A DNA stretch of 24,000 nt from an uncultured Gammaproteobacteria bacterium. Lineage in GTDB: Bacteria > Patescibacteriota > Patescibacteriia > UBA2169. Positions 7,079 to 14,607 of this stretch are shown one piece after another. Location of the stretch: NCBI GenBank assembly GCA_964407875.1, contig CAYOXH010000001.1:1-24000 (forward strand), read 5' to 3'. The notes under the pieces are model-generated. The model saw nothing but the letters and a program-made list of their open reading frames with translations. It did no database searches and was not told the DNA's origin. Numbering within the stretch: the stretch's first letter is position 1; each line of letters starts with the position of its first letter. The position numbers and the translations under genes were made by a program.

Positions 7079-9889
7079 ATGTCTAAGCAAGCAAAAAAAT
7101 TCATAATTATAGATGGGAACGCGCTTTTGCATCGTGCGTGGCATGCTTTGCCGCCTTTGACCACAAAGGACGGCAAGCTTGTGAATGCTGTATTTGGATT
7201 TGCGTCTATTATGCTCAACATTGTAAAAGAGCTTAAGCCGGACTATGGGGTGGTTGCTTTTGATCCCCCGGGCAAGACGTTTAGGCATGTTGCTTTTAAA
7301 GAATATAAGGCAACAAGACAAAAACAGCCAGATGAATTATATGAGCAAATTCCAATGATTAAAGATGTTGCAAAGGATTTTGGTTTTCAGATAGAAGAGA
7401 AAGAGGGTTATGAGGCAGATGATGTGATCGGTACTTTAGCGAAACTCGCTTCATCACATGATCTCAAGACGATTATCGTCACCGGAGATATGGACGCCTT
7501 ACAACTCGTGGACAAAGACACAGTTGTATATACTATTAAGCGAGGAATAAATGACACTATTACTTATGATATAAAGGGAGTAAAAGAAAAGCATGGATTT
7601 GGTCCGGAGAAAGTTGTGGAATACAAGGCCTTAGCAGGCGACTCGTCTGATAATATTCCGGGTGTCGCTGGGGTGGGGGATAAAACGGCTAAGGAGTTGT
7701 TGTCTAAGTTTGGTGGTGTTGAGGAGATTTATGAGTATGTAGAGAGAAAGTTACGAGTTACGAGTTCAGAGTTACGAGATGGAGAAAAGAAAGGTCAAAG
7801 TACAAAGTACAAAGGCCAAAGTAAAGATGAGATTAAAGAGGCAGTTGTGAAGAAACTACTTGCCTCGAAAGAGAATGCTTTTTTGTCGAAAGAACTTGCT
7901 ACTATTAAGTGTGATATGGATATTGCATTTAAGCTTGGAGATTTGGAGGTTAAGCCAGCTGATAGTCAGGATTTGCTTGAATTGTTTAGGCAGCTTGAAT
8001 TTCGTTCTTTGATTTCAAAAGCGCAAGAAGTGTTTGGTGAGTACAATCCGCAAGATGCGAAGGGCCAGGCATCGTTGTTTTCTGGTGGAGCGTCTGGTTC
8101 TGATAAAAATTTTAAGATTAGAGATGGGTATGAACTAATCGACACAAAACAAAAGGCAAATGACTTGGCTAAGAAATTAGGCGATGCAAAGGCCTTGGCA
8201 GTTGATACAGAAACAGATTCTTTGGGGGCATTAACATCTAATATGCTTGGGTTTTCTTTATCCGAAAAAGAGGCGCAGGCATATTACGTGTTAGCTGATT
8301 TTGTTCGAGAATTTAAAGATATACTAGAAAATAATAAAATTAAGAAATTCGGACATAATATTAAATACGAAATAGGAGTATTTAGTAAAGTTGGAATTAA
8401 ACTTGCTCCAATATTTTTTGATTCAATGGTTGCCTCATATCTCCTGCACCCAACTGGCCGCAGCCACTCACTTGATAATTTAGCGTTTGTTGAATTACGG
8501 CACCAGATGGTGCCAATTACAGATTTAATTGGTCCAAAAGGAAAAAAGCAATTGTCTTTATCTGATATTAATAAAGATAGGGTTGCCGATTATGCGGCAG
8601 AAGACGCTGATTATACACTGCGCCTTACAAAGAAATTATCAAAAGAACTTGAGAAGGAAGGATTTGCGCAGCTGATGCGCGACATTGAAATGCCTCTTGT
8701 TCCAGTATTGGCTGATATGGAAGAAAATGGTATTAAAATTGACGCAAAATTTTTACTTAATATGTCTAAGGAAGTTGTCACTGATATTGCGAAGCTAGAA
8801 AAAAATATTTTTAAAGAGTCAGGTACTAAATTTAATGTTGCATCACCAAAACAGTTAAAGGAGGTGCTTTTTGAGAAACTCGATCTCTCGACCAAAGGAA
8901 TCGGAAAGACAAAAACAGGATTTTCAACGGCGGCTGGGCAGTTAGAAAAGATGGTTGACGCGCATCCAATAATCCCTTTAATAATGCAGCATAGGGAGCT
9001 ATCTAAATTAAAAAATACTTATTTAGACGCTCTTCCGGAATTAGTTAACAAAAAAACAGGAAGAGTTTACACAAATTTTAATCAAACCCGGACATCTACT
9101 GGGCGTTTATCCTCAAGTAATCCTAATCTTCAAAATATTCCAATTCGCACTGAACTTGGCAGAGAGATTCGTAAAGCATTTGTTCCGGATAAGGGAAGTG
9201 TTTTAGTTAGCGCGGATTATTCTCAAATTGAATTGCGTGTTGCCGCAGATTTTTCTGGCGATAAAAATTTAATAAAGATTTTTAAAGATGGATTAGATGT
9301 GCACACTTCAACTGCTGCATTTATGAATGAAATAGATGAGAATAAAGTTACTCCAGAAATTCGTAGATCTGCTAAGGAAGTTAACTTTGGCGTATTATAC
9401 GGAATGGGAGCGCGTGGTCTTGCCCAAAGAACAGGAATGTCGCAGGAGCGAGCAAAGGAATTTATTGATAAATATTTTGAAACATTCAAAGGAGTTAGTA
9501 ACTTTATAAAAGAAACTATTGCTTTAGCAAAGTCCAGGGGATATGTTGAGACCAAGTTTGGTCGCCGCTTGCAACTTTTAGACATCAACTCTGGAGTCGG
9601 GCAAGTTCAGGCAGCAGCAGAACGCCTAGCAACTAACATGCCTATCCAAGGAACGGCTGCTGATATTATGAAAATGGCAATGATCGCAATTTATGAGGGT
9701 TTGAATAAAGTAAGTCCAAAATCAAAGATGCTTATGCAAGTACATGATGAATTAGTTTTTGAAGTTCCAGTAAAAGACGAAGCTAAGGCGTCTAAATTTA
9801 TTCAGGAAGAAATGGAATCAGTTGCAAAACTTAAGGTTCCTCTTGTTGTGGAGGTTAATAGTGGGTCTAATTGGCAGCAGGCACACTAA
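7079..9889 (+). CDS. polA: DNA polymerase I (5' nuclease, 3'-5' exonuclease and polymerase domains)
   Basis: 936 aa. 5' nuclease: IIDGN.LLHRA, GYEADDVIGT. Exonuclease: AVDTETDSL, YAAEDADY. Polymerase: DYSQIELRV, RR.AK.VNFG..YG, QVHDELVFE. Confidence 0.97.
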   Translation: MSKQAKKFIIIDGNALLHRAWHALPPLTTKDGKLVNAVFGFASIMLNIVKELKPDYGVVAFDPPGKTFRHVAFKEYKATRQKQPDELYEQIPMIKDVAKDFGFQIEEKEGYEADDVIGTLAKLASSHDLKTIIVTGDMDALQLVDKDTVVYTIKRGINDTITYDIKGVKEKHGFGPEKVVEYKALAGDSSDNIPGVAGVGDKTAKELLSKFGGVEEIYEYVERKLRVTSSELRDGEKKGQSTKYKGQSKDEIKEAVVKKLLASKENAFLSKELATIKCDMDIAFKLGDLEVKPADSQDLLELFRQLEFRSLISKAQEVFGEYNPQDAKGQASLFSGGASGSDKNFKIRDGYELIDTKQKANDLAKKLGDAKALAVDTETDSLGALTSNMLGFSLSEKEAQAYYVLADFVREFKDILENNKIKKFGHNIKYEIGVFSKVGIKLAPIFFDSMVASYLLHPTGRSHSLDNLAFVELRHQMVPITDLIGPKGKKQLSLSDINKDRVADYAAEDADYTLRLTKKLSKELEKEGFAQLMRDIEMPLVPVLADMEENGIKIDAKFLLNMSKEVVTDIAKLEKNIFKESGTKFNVASPKQLKEVLFEKLDLSTKGIGKTKTGFSTAAGQLEKMVDAHPIIPLIMQHRELSKLKNTYLDALPELVNKKTGRVYTNFNQTRTSTGRLSSSNPNLQNIPIRTELGREIRKAFVPDKGSVLVSADYSQIELRVAADFSGDKNLIKIFKDGLDVHTSTAAFMNEIDENKVTPEIRRSAKEVNFGVLYGMGARGLAQRTGMSQERAKEFIDKYFETFKGVSNFIKETIALAKSRGYVETKFGRRLQLLDINSGVGQVQAAAERLATNMPIQGTAADIMKMAMIAIYEGLNKVSPKSKMLMQVHDELVFEVPVKDEAKASKFIQEEMESVAKLKVPLVVEVNSGSNWQQAH
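7750..7822 (+). repeat. in-frame word arrays inside polA: gttacgag x3-4 (7750-7778), then caaagta x3-4 (7795-7822)
   Basis: gttacgagttacgagttcagagttacgag has the same 29-nt layout as intergenic 3849-3877, and every copy of the word carries a->g at its sixth base (the central unit diverges further). Next comes tcaaagta caaagta caaaggc caaagta. Together they encode RKLRVTSSELRDGEKKGQSTKYKGQSK. Confidence 0.8.
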
Positions 9890-9895
9890 TTCACT

Positions 9896-10831
9896 ATGTT
9901 AATACTAATTCACGGTGAAGATACGTTTTCTTCAAAAGAGTATCTTAATCGAATAGTTGATCAATTTAAAGAAAAGTATGATAAAGACGGTACAGCGGTT
10001 TCTGTTTTTGACGCAGAGGAGAATGAGTGGGAACAAGTTCTTGAGGCATTATCCTCAGATGGACTTTTTTCAAGCAAAAATTTAGTAATTGGAAAAGGAT
10101 TGGTTAGTAATAAAGATACGCGCGAATCACTTGCTTTGTTTTTGGATTCACCTGGACTAACCGACACAACAACTTTGATTGTGTATGAATCAGGTGCTAT
10201 TGATAAGCGCACAAAATTGGCAAAAAATTTGATAAAGGAAAAATATTCAAAAGAGTTTTCTGTTTCTGACGAGAGAGCAATGCAGGATATCCTACTGCGT
10301 CATGCAAAAGAACTTGGAAAAACAATTGACTCAGATGCGCTGCAGCTGCTTTTGCAAATCGTGGGTACAGACATATGGCGTGCGCATACTGAGATGGAAA
10401 AACTCGCGCATCTAGTTGCAAACAATATTACAAAAGACGATGTGCGCATGCACACACATGCCTCGCTCGAAGAAGAGATTTGGGCTTTTATTGATTCACT
10501 CTCAAGCAAGAATAAAAAACAAGCGCTTTCTCTCTTGGAGCAGCAATTACAGCAAGGCATTGAGCCAATGTATTTACTTTCTATGCTTATTCGCCAGGTT
10601 CGTTTGTTAATTGCTCTATTTGGCGCGCAAGGCGCGGATGCTTTGTTGGCCTCGTCTCTTGGATTACATCCATTTGTAGTTAAAAAAACTCGCCAACAGG
10701 CGAGTCAGTTCTCTTTAGCGCAATTAAAAGTAATATATCAAGCATTATCTCGCCTAGATTCTGCCCTAAAGACAGGTAAGGGCGAACCAAAGCTTTTGTT
10801 TACCATTCTTGTGGACAGTATTGTGCGTTAG
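9896..10831 (+). CDS. holA: DNA polymerase III delta subunit
   Basis: 311 aa, starting 6 nt after polA. The layout is HolA-like (LI.GED.F......I........., later W....E..KL). The assignment rests on overall pattern and context. Confidence 0.75.
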   Translation: MLILIHGEDTFSSKEYLNRIVDQFKEKYDKDGTAVSVFDAEENEWEQVLEALSSDGLFSSKNLVIGKGLVSNKDTRESLALFLDSPGLTDTTTLIVYESGAIDKRTKLAKNLIKEKYSKEFSVSDERAMQDILLRHAKELGKTIDSDALQLLLQIVGTDIWRAHTEMEKLAHLVANNITKDDVRMHTHASLEEEIWAFIDSLSSKNKKQALSLLEQQLQQGIEPMYLLSMLIRQVRLLIALFGAQGADALLASSLGLHPFVVKKTRQQASQFSLAQLKVIYQALSRLDSALKTGKGEPKLLFTILVDSIVR

Positions 10832-10837
10832 CTGTCT

Positions 10838-10868
10838 CGGTCCAGGGGGTGGACCGTTTATTTATTTT
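10838..10868 (+). terminator. rho-independent terminator of polA-holA
   Basis: cggtcca ggggg tggaccg forms a 7-bp stem, followed by tttatttatttt. Confidence 0.7.
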
Positions 10869-10873
10869 GGAAA

Positions 10874-11143
10874 TTATTTCTTGTTTGCGCTTTTGATTGC
10901 CCTATAAACTCGTGATTTTTTTCTAGCTGCTGTGTTCTTATGAATCATTCGATTTTTTGCTGCTTTATCTAAGAGTTTTACTGCTTCTAATGCAAGTTTT
11001 TTTGCATCATTAATGCTTCCTGCTTCTACAGATTTACGAATTTTTTTGATGGTATCTTTAATTTTTCGTTTTTGAATAAGGTTAATTTTTGCGAGTGCAG
11101 TTGACTTGCGCAGTTCTTTTTTACCTGATTTCTTAATTGGCAT
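10874..11143 (-). CDS. rpsT: 30S ribosomal protein S20
   Basis: 89 aa, very basic. Contains KS..K..RKS.......N...R...K..IKK and IHKNTAARKKSR, typical of bS20. Confidence 0.9.
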   Translation of the reverse strand: MPIKKSGKKELRKSTALAKINLIQKRKIKDTIKKIRKSVEAGSINDAKKLALEAVKLLDKAAKNRMIHKNTAARKKSRVYRAIKSANKK

Positions 11144-11145
11144 AG

Positions 11146-11184
11146 TTGGTGTGTTATGAATTGGTGAATTTAAAAATTGGTGTG
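11146..11184. repeat. three direct ttggtg(t/a) words spaced 15-16 nt apart upstream of rpsT
   Basis: ttggtgtg at 11146 and 11177, and ttggtgaa at 11161, all in the gmk-rpsT spacer. Confidence 0.4.
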
Positions 11185-11195
11185 ATAGAGAGATA

Positions 11196-11786
11196 CTAAC
11201 CTATTGACTCATTATTGTCAATCATTCCTTCTTTTTTTAAAATACTGATTACTTCACTAACAGCGTTGTCGAGCTTATTTTCCTCATTCTGGACAGTATA
11301 TTCAAATGTTTTTGAAGATCCTGTCCATTCTTTTTTTGATTGCATTCTCTGTGAAATGCTGTTCGTTGTGTCACCCCTTCTATGCACACGGGTAACAAGA
11401 TCTTCGGCAGGCGCTGAGATTGCTATAGTAAGTATATCTGGATATTTATTTTTCATAGCTATAGCGCCTTGCTCATCAATACGCCAAATCCCTACTTTAT
11501 TTTTTAAATTTTTTACTCTCTCAAGCTCTTTTTTTGTAACACCATTTAATCGTCCATACACGCGGGCATTTTCGGCCATTTCACCATTCTCTATCATATT
11601 ATTCATTTCTTTTTCAGAAATAAAATAATATTCCTTTCCATGAGTTTCTCCTTTTCTTATTTCACGAGTTGTTGATGTAATAACTCTCTCAATGGGCATT
11701 TTTTGCTTAGCTATTCCTTCTATAACACTATCCTTGCCAGCTCCCGATGGGCCGGAAATTATTACTAAATTAGTTGAACGTTTCAT
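11196..11786 (-). CDS. gmk: guanylate kinase
   Basis: P-loop ISGPSGAGKDS, TTR..R.GE..G.EY.F. The track start at 11804 lies inside a repeat element, so the ATG at 11786 (MKRSTNLVIISGPSG) is preferred. Confidence 0.88.
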   Translation of the reverse strand: MKRSTNLVIISGPSGAGKDSVIEGIAKQKMPIERVITSTTREIRKGETHGKEYYFISEKEMNNMIENGEMAENARVYGRLNGVTKKELERVKNLKNKVGIWRIDEQGAIAMKNKYPDILTIAISAPAEDLVTRVHRRGDTTNSISQRMQSKKEWTGSSKTFEYTVQNEENKLDNAVSEVISILKKEGMIDNNESIG

Positions 11787-11797
11787 ATAATATATAT

Positions 11798-11927
11798 ACG
11801 TCATCCTGAACGACCCAATGTACTCATTGGGGAAGTGAAGGATGACGTGAACACACTCAAGCGTCTTCGACGAGATTCTTCACTGCACTTCTCGCTGAGT
11901 ACTGCGAGTCGTTTGTTCAGAATGACG
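11798..11927. repeat. gtcatcctga-type palindromic element, copy A (~130 bp)
   Basis: Terminal inverted repeats are cgtcatcctgaacgac (11799-11814) and gtcgtttgttcagaatgacg (11908-11927). An inner hairpin pairs cgtcatcc with ggatgacg (11799-11847). The core ctcaagcgtcttcgacgagattcttc (11856-11881) is 24/26 identical to copy B. The right end supplies the last codons and the TGA stop of rluD. Confidence 0.8.
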
Positions 11928-12825
11928 AGAGAAAAGTTTTTAAATCTTTTGGTAATTCTGATTCATATTTTTTCTGTTCTTGGTCAAGATTCTTGAATCC
12001 AAGTTTGGATGCATGCAAGAATATTCGTCCTAAATTTTTGCGTTTGATTCTTTTGTTAGTATAGAGCGTGTCACCAACCACGGGATGCTCGATTGAGTTC
12101 AAGTGTACGCGTATTTGGTGGGTTCGTCCAGTGTGTATGGTAACTTGGAGCAGGGTATAGTTTTTGATTCTATCTAATACTTTATATTCTGTTTTTGCGT
12201 CTCGATCGCCTTCAAACTCTCCGGTATGGGCGGCCATTTTTCCAGATTTGGTCTGCGAGCGTCCAATTGGAGTATTAATAGATCTTTCTTCATCATCTAT
12301 CACGCCATGAACTAAGCCGGTATACTCTTTAGTAACCGTCCTCTCTTGAAACTGCTTTTTGAGATGATCAAACATCTTTTGGGTTCGCGCAACTACCATC
12401 AAACCAGAAACGTCTTTGTCTAATCGATGCACAATTCCTGGACGAAACTCGTCTTCACCCACACCAATTAGATCTGGATATTTTTCAATTAGCCCATTTA
12501 CAAGTGTTGGCTTATTAATTCCTTTGGCAGGATGCACTACTAATCCAGCTGGTTTTTCTATAATAATGTATTCATCTGTTTCATCAATTATATTGAAAGT
12601 AACACTGCTATCTGGCGAAAGGTCTGGTTTATCTTGTTCTATCTTTGTAATTTCAACAATATCACCTACTTTTGGTATTAATTTTGCGCTTGTAGATTCT
12701 CCATTAACCAAAATTGATCCGTCTTTGATTTGTTTTTGTATAAAAGAACGCGATACACCAAGTTTATCAGAGATAAACTTATCAATGCGGCTTATAGATT
12801 CATTTTGCAGGATAGTGAGCTTCAT
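11917..12825 (-). CDS. rluD: RluA/RluD-family 23S rRNA pseudouridine synthase
   Basis: 302 aa. N-terminal S4 domain (R.DKF......SRS.....I..G...VNG), catalytic HRLDKDVSGLMVVA, and TGRTHQIRVH. Confidence 0.9.
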   Translation of the reverse strand: MKLTILQNESISRIDKFISDKLGVSRSFIQKQIKDGSILVNGESTSAKLIPKVGDIVEITKIEQDKPDLSPDSSVTFNIIDETDEYIIIEKPAGLVVHPAKGINKPTLVNGLIEKYPDLIGVGEDEFRPGIVHRLDKDVSGLMVVARTQKMFDHLKKQFQERTVTKEYTGLVHGVIDDEERSINTPIGRSQTKSGKMAAHTGEFEGDRDAKTEYKVLDRIKNYTLLQVTIHTGRTHQIRVHLNSIEHPVVGDTLYTNKRIKRKNLGRIFLHASKLGFKNLDQEQKKYESELPKDLKTFLSSF

Positions 12826-14300
12826 AGTTTTTTTAGATAATCTAGCGCGTCTTTTTTGGATTTCAATTCTCCAGAAAGTTGCTTTTGTCGTATATCTTCT
12901 AATATTTTGCCAACTTTTTTACCTGGCTTTAACTTAAGCTGCTCCATTACATTATCTCCGTTGATTAAAGGTTGTACTAGTTTTTGGCCGCGGCTGCCAG
13001 TGATTTTTTTAATTTCTTCAATTCTTTTACAGAGTTGCTCGAATTTATCTGTAAACCCTTTTCCATTGGGGCCAATAGAAGAAAGACCGTCTATTAACAA
13101 AAGTTTTAATAAATTTTGCGATGGACGAATTGGGTTAAAAAAGTATTTTTCAATGGTGCTTGGCTTTAGTTCCTGCGGGTCGCCGTGTACCAAAATCATA
13201 TGTCTGTGTATCATCCATGCAACATTGTCTGTATCTATTCCAATATCAGGAGGAGCGGAGATTTTAATTCTATCTAATATTTTTTTTCCAATTTTTGAAC
13301 CAACAGTGTCGTGGTCGTCAAATCGAACCCTGTTATCAACATTTTTTTTATCTGGCATTTTGGCGGTATGCGGTTTTCCAATATCATGGAATAAAATAGC
13401 AACAATGAGTTCAAGATCCGGAGAATCATTAGGAAATGCATTTTTAAATTCTTGAGATGAAAGTTTTTCAAGTCCAAGGCGGGTATGATTCCATACATCA
13501 CCTTCTGTGTGCCTATCTTTTGTCTGGGCACATCCTTTCATTTCCAAAAGTTCGGGTATAATTTGAGCAAGTGCACCTGTTTCATCCCACAGGTTTAAAG
13601 CGGCAACAGGGTTAGCGTTCAGGGATTTTAAAAATTCTTCTGATGCTACTTCATAAGGGAGAACCCGCTTTCCATCAATTTCATTGTTAATATTTGTTAC
13701 CATTGATTTAATAGTGTTCATTGTTTCCTCTTCAATTGAGAAATCTAATTGAAGGGAAAAACTCAGTGCCCGTAATATGCGCGAGTAATCCTCTGTGAAC
13801 CTCTCTTTAGGGTTCCCCATGGTTCGTATGACTTTATTTTGAAGATCTTTTTTGCCATTATGCAAATCAACCAATTCCTTGGTTGATAAATTATATGCCA
13901 TGCTGTTTATAGTAAAGTCGCGTCGCTCTAAATCTTTTTCTATTGACAGTTTTGGGTCTGTGGTAATATCAAAATCGCGGTATATGCCTTGCTTGTGCAT
14001 TGAAAATTCTGTTCTCGGCAAAGCAATGTCATATATTTGGTTATCTGGTTTTCCAATTTCATTAAATTTCCACACACCAAAATTTCTACCAGCAAAGACA
14101 ACTCGTCCATGGTCTGCTAAGAATTCTTCCAAATCATCACCAGAGACATTGCGAACCAGCATGTCTATATCTGTTATTTTTTTTCCAAGCAAGAGGTCTC
14201 TTACAGCACCCCCGACTAAAAACACCTCTGCTTGCTTAAACGTGTCTAGTAAAGCAGAGAGAACTGGAAAATCGGTTATATTAGGGAAACCTTCTTTCAT
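12822..14300 (-). CDS. cca: CCA-adding enzyme / poly(A) polymerase family nucleotidyltransferase with HD domain
   Basis: Contains LVGGAVRDLLLGK...DIDM, RDFTINSMAY and HD region LFHDIGK. The track start at 14333 would put an extended -10-like tgcTATAAT (minus strand, 14327-14319) inside the CDS, so the ATG at 14300 (MKEGFPN...) is preferred. A 4-nt overlap with the rluD start suggests coupling. Confidence 0.88.
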   Translation of the reverse strand: MKEGFPNITDFPVLSALLDTFKQAEVFLVGGAVRDLLLGKKITDIDMLVRNVSGDDLEEFLADHGRVVFAGRNFGVWKFNEIGKPDNQIYDIALPRTEFSMHKQGIYRDFDITTDPKLSIEKDLERRDFTINSMAYNLSTKELVDLHNGKKDLQNKVIRTMGNPKERFTEDYSRILRALSFSLQLDFSIEEETMNTIKSMVTNINNEIDGKRVLPYEVASEEFLKSLNANPVAALNLWDETGALAQIIPELLEMKGCAQTKDRHTEGDVWNHTRLGLEKLSSQEFKNAFPNDSPDLELIVAILFHDIGKPHTAKMPDKKNVDNRVRFDDHDTVGSKIGKKILDRIKISAPPDIGIDTDNVAWMIHRHMILVHGDPQELKPSTIEKYFFNPIRPSQNLLKLLLIDGLSSIGPNGKGFTDKFEQLCKRIEEIKKITGSRGQKLVQPLINGDNVMEQLKLKPGKKVGKILEDIRQKQLSGELKSKKDALDYLKKL

Positions 14301-14373
14301 AAAAGAGTACTTTACTTTATTATAGCACAGCATGCAAATAGCATTTTATTTGTGTTACTTTTTTGCTGACAAC

Positions 14374-14402
14374 ATTGATTTTTGGGTGGATTTAGGGTAT
14401 TG
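14374..14402 (+). promoter_or_regulatory. candidate tRNA promoter TTGATT-17-TATTGT
   Basis: The hexamers are spaced 17 nt apart. The -10 ends 7 nt before the tRNA 5' end. Confidence 0.4.
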
Positions 14403-14409
14403 TGTTGCT

Positions 14410-14486
14410 AGGCGTATAGCTCAGCTGGTTAGAGCGCCACTCTTATAAGGTGGAGGTCCTGGGTTCGAGCCCCAGTGCGCCTACCA
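14410..14486 (+). tRNA. tRNA-Ile with genomically encoded anticodon TAT (reads AUA); CCA encoded
   Basis: Manual cloverleaf. Acceptor AGGCGTA/TGCGCCT has 7 bp including one G-U pair. D arm is GCTC-AGCTGGTTA-GAGC. Anticodon stem is CCACT/GGTGG with loop CT-TAT-AA. T arm is CTGGG-TTCGAGC-CCCAG. Discriminator is A, then CCA. The D and T arms resemble bacterial tRNA-Ile. Confidence 0.85.
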
Positions 14487-14520
14487 CGCTAAGCGTGGTA
14501 ATCAGGACGCTAAGCGTCCT
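14483..14520 (+). repeat. twin 17-nt hairpins sharing the core acgctaagcgt; the first includes the tRNA ACCA end
   Basis: accacgc-taa-gcgtggt (14483-14499) and aggacgc-taa-gcgtcct (14504-14520), each with a 7-bp stem. Confidence 0.75.
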
Positions 14521-14523
14521 ACC

Positions 14524-14558
14524 AAAAAAAACGGCTCACTCGTGTGGGCCGTTTTTTT
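14524..14558. terminator. bidirectional rho-independent terminator (tRNA on +, DHH gene on -)
   Basis: An A8 run, an 8-bp stem cggctcac/gtgggccg with loop tcgt, then a T7 run. Confidence 0.8.
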
Positions 14559-14607
14559 AATCTGTAAAATCAATGTCATCAGTGTAATCTGCGGTCGCAA
14601 TCTGTAG

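Noticed and set aside
7741-7830. Intein or mobile intron in polA
   Set aside because: The extra segment is only about 25 aa of repeat-encoded, mostly polar/charged sequence. It has no intein block motifs, and the ORF is continuous.
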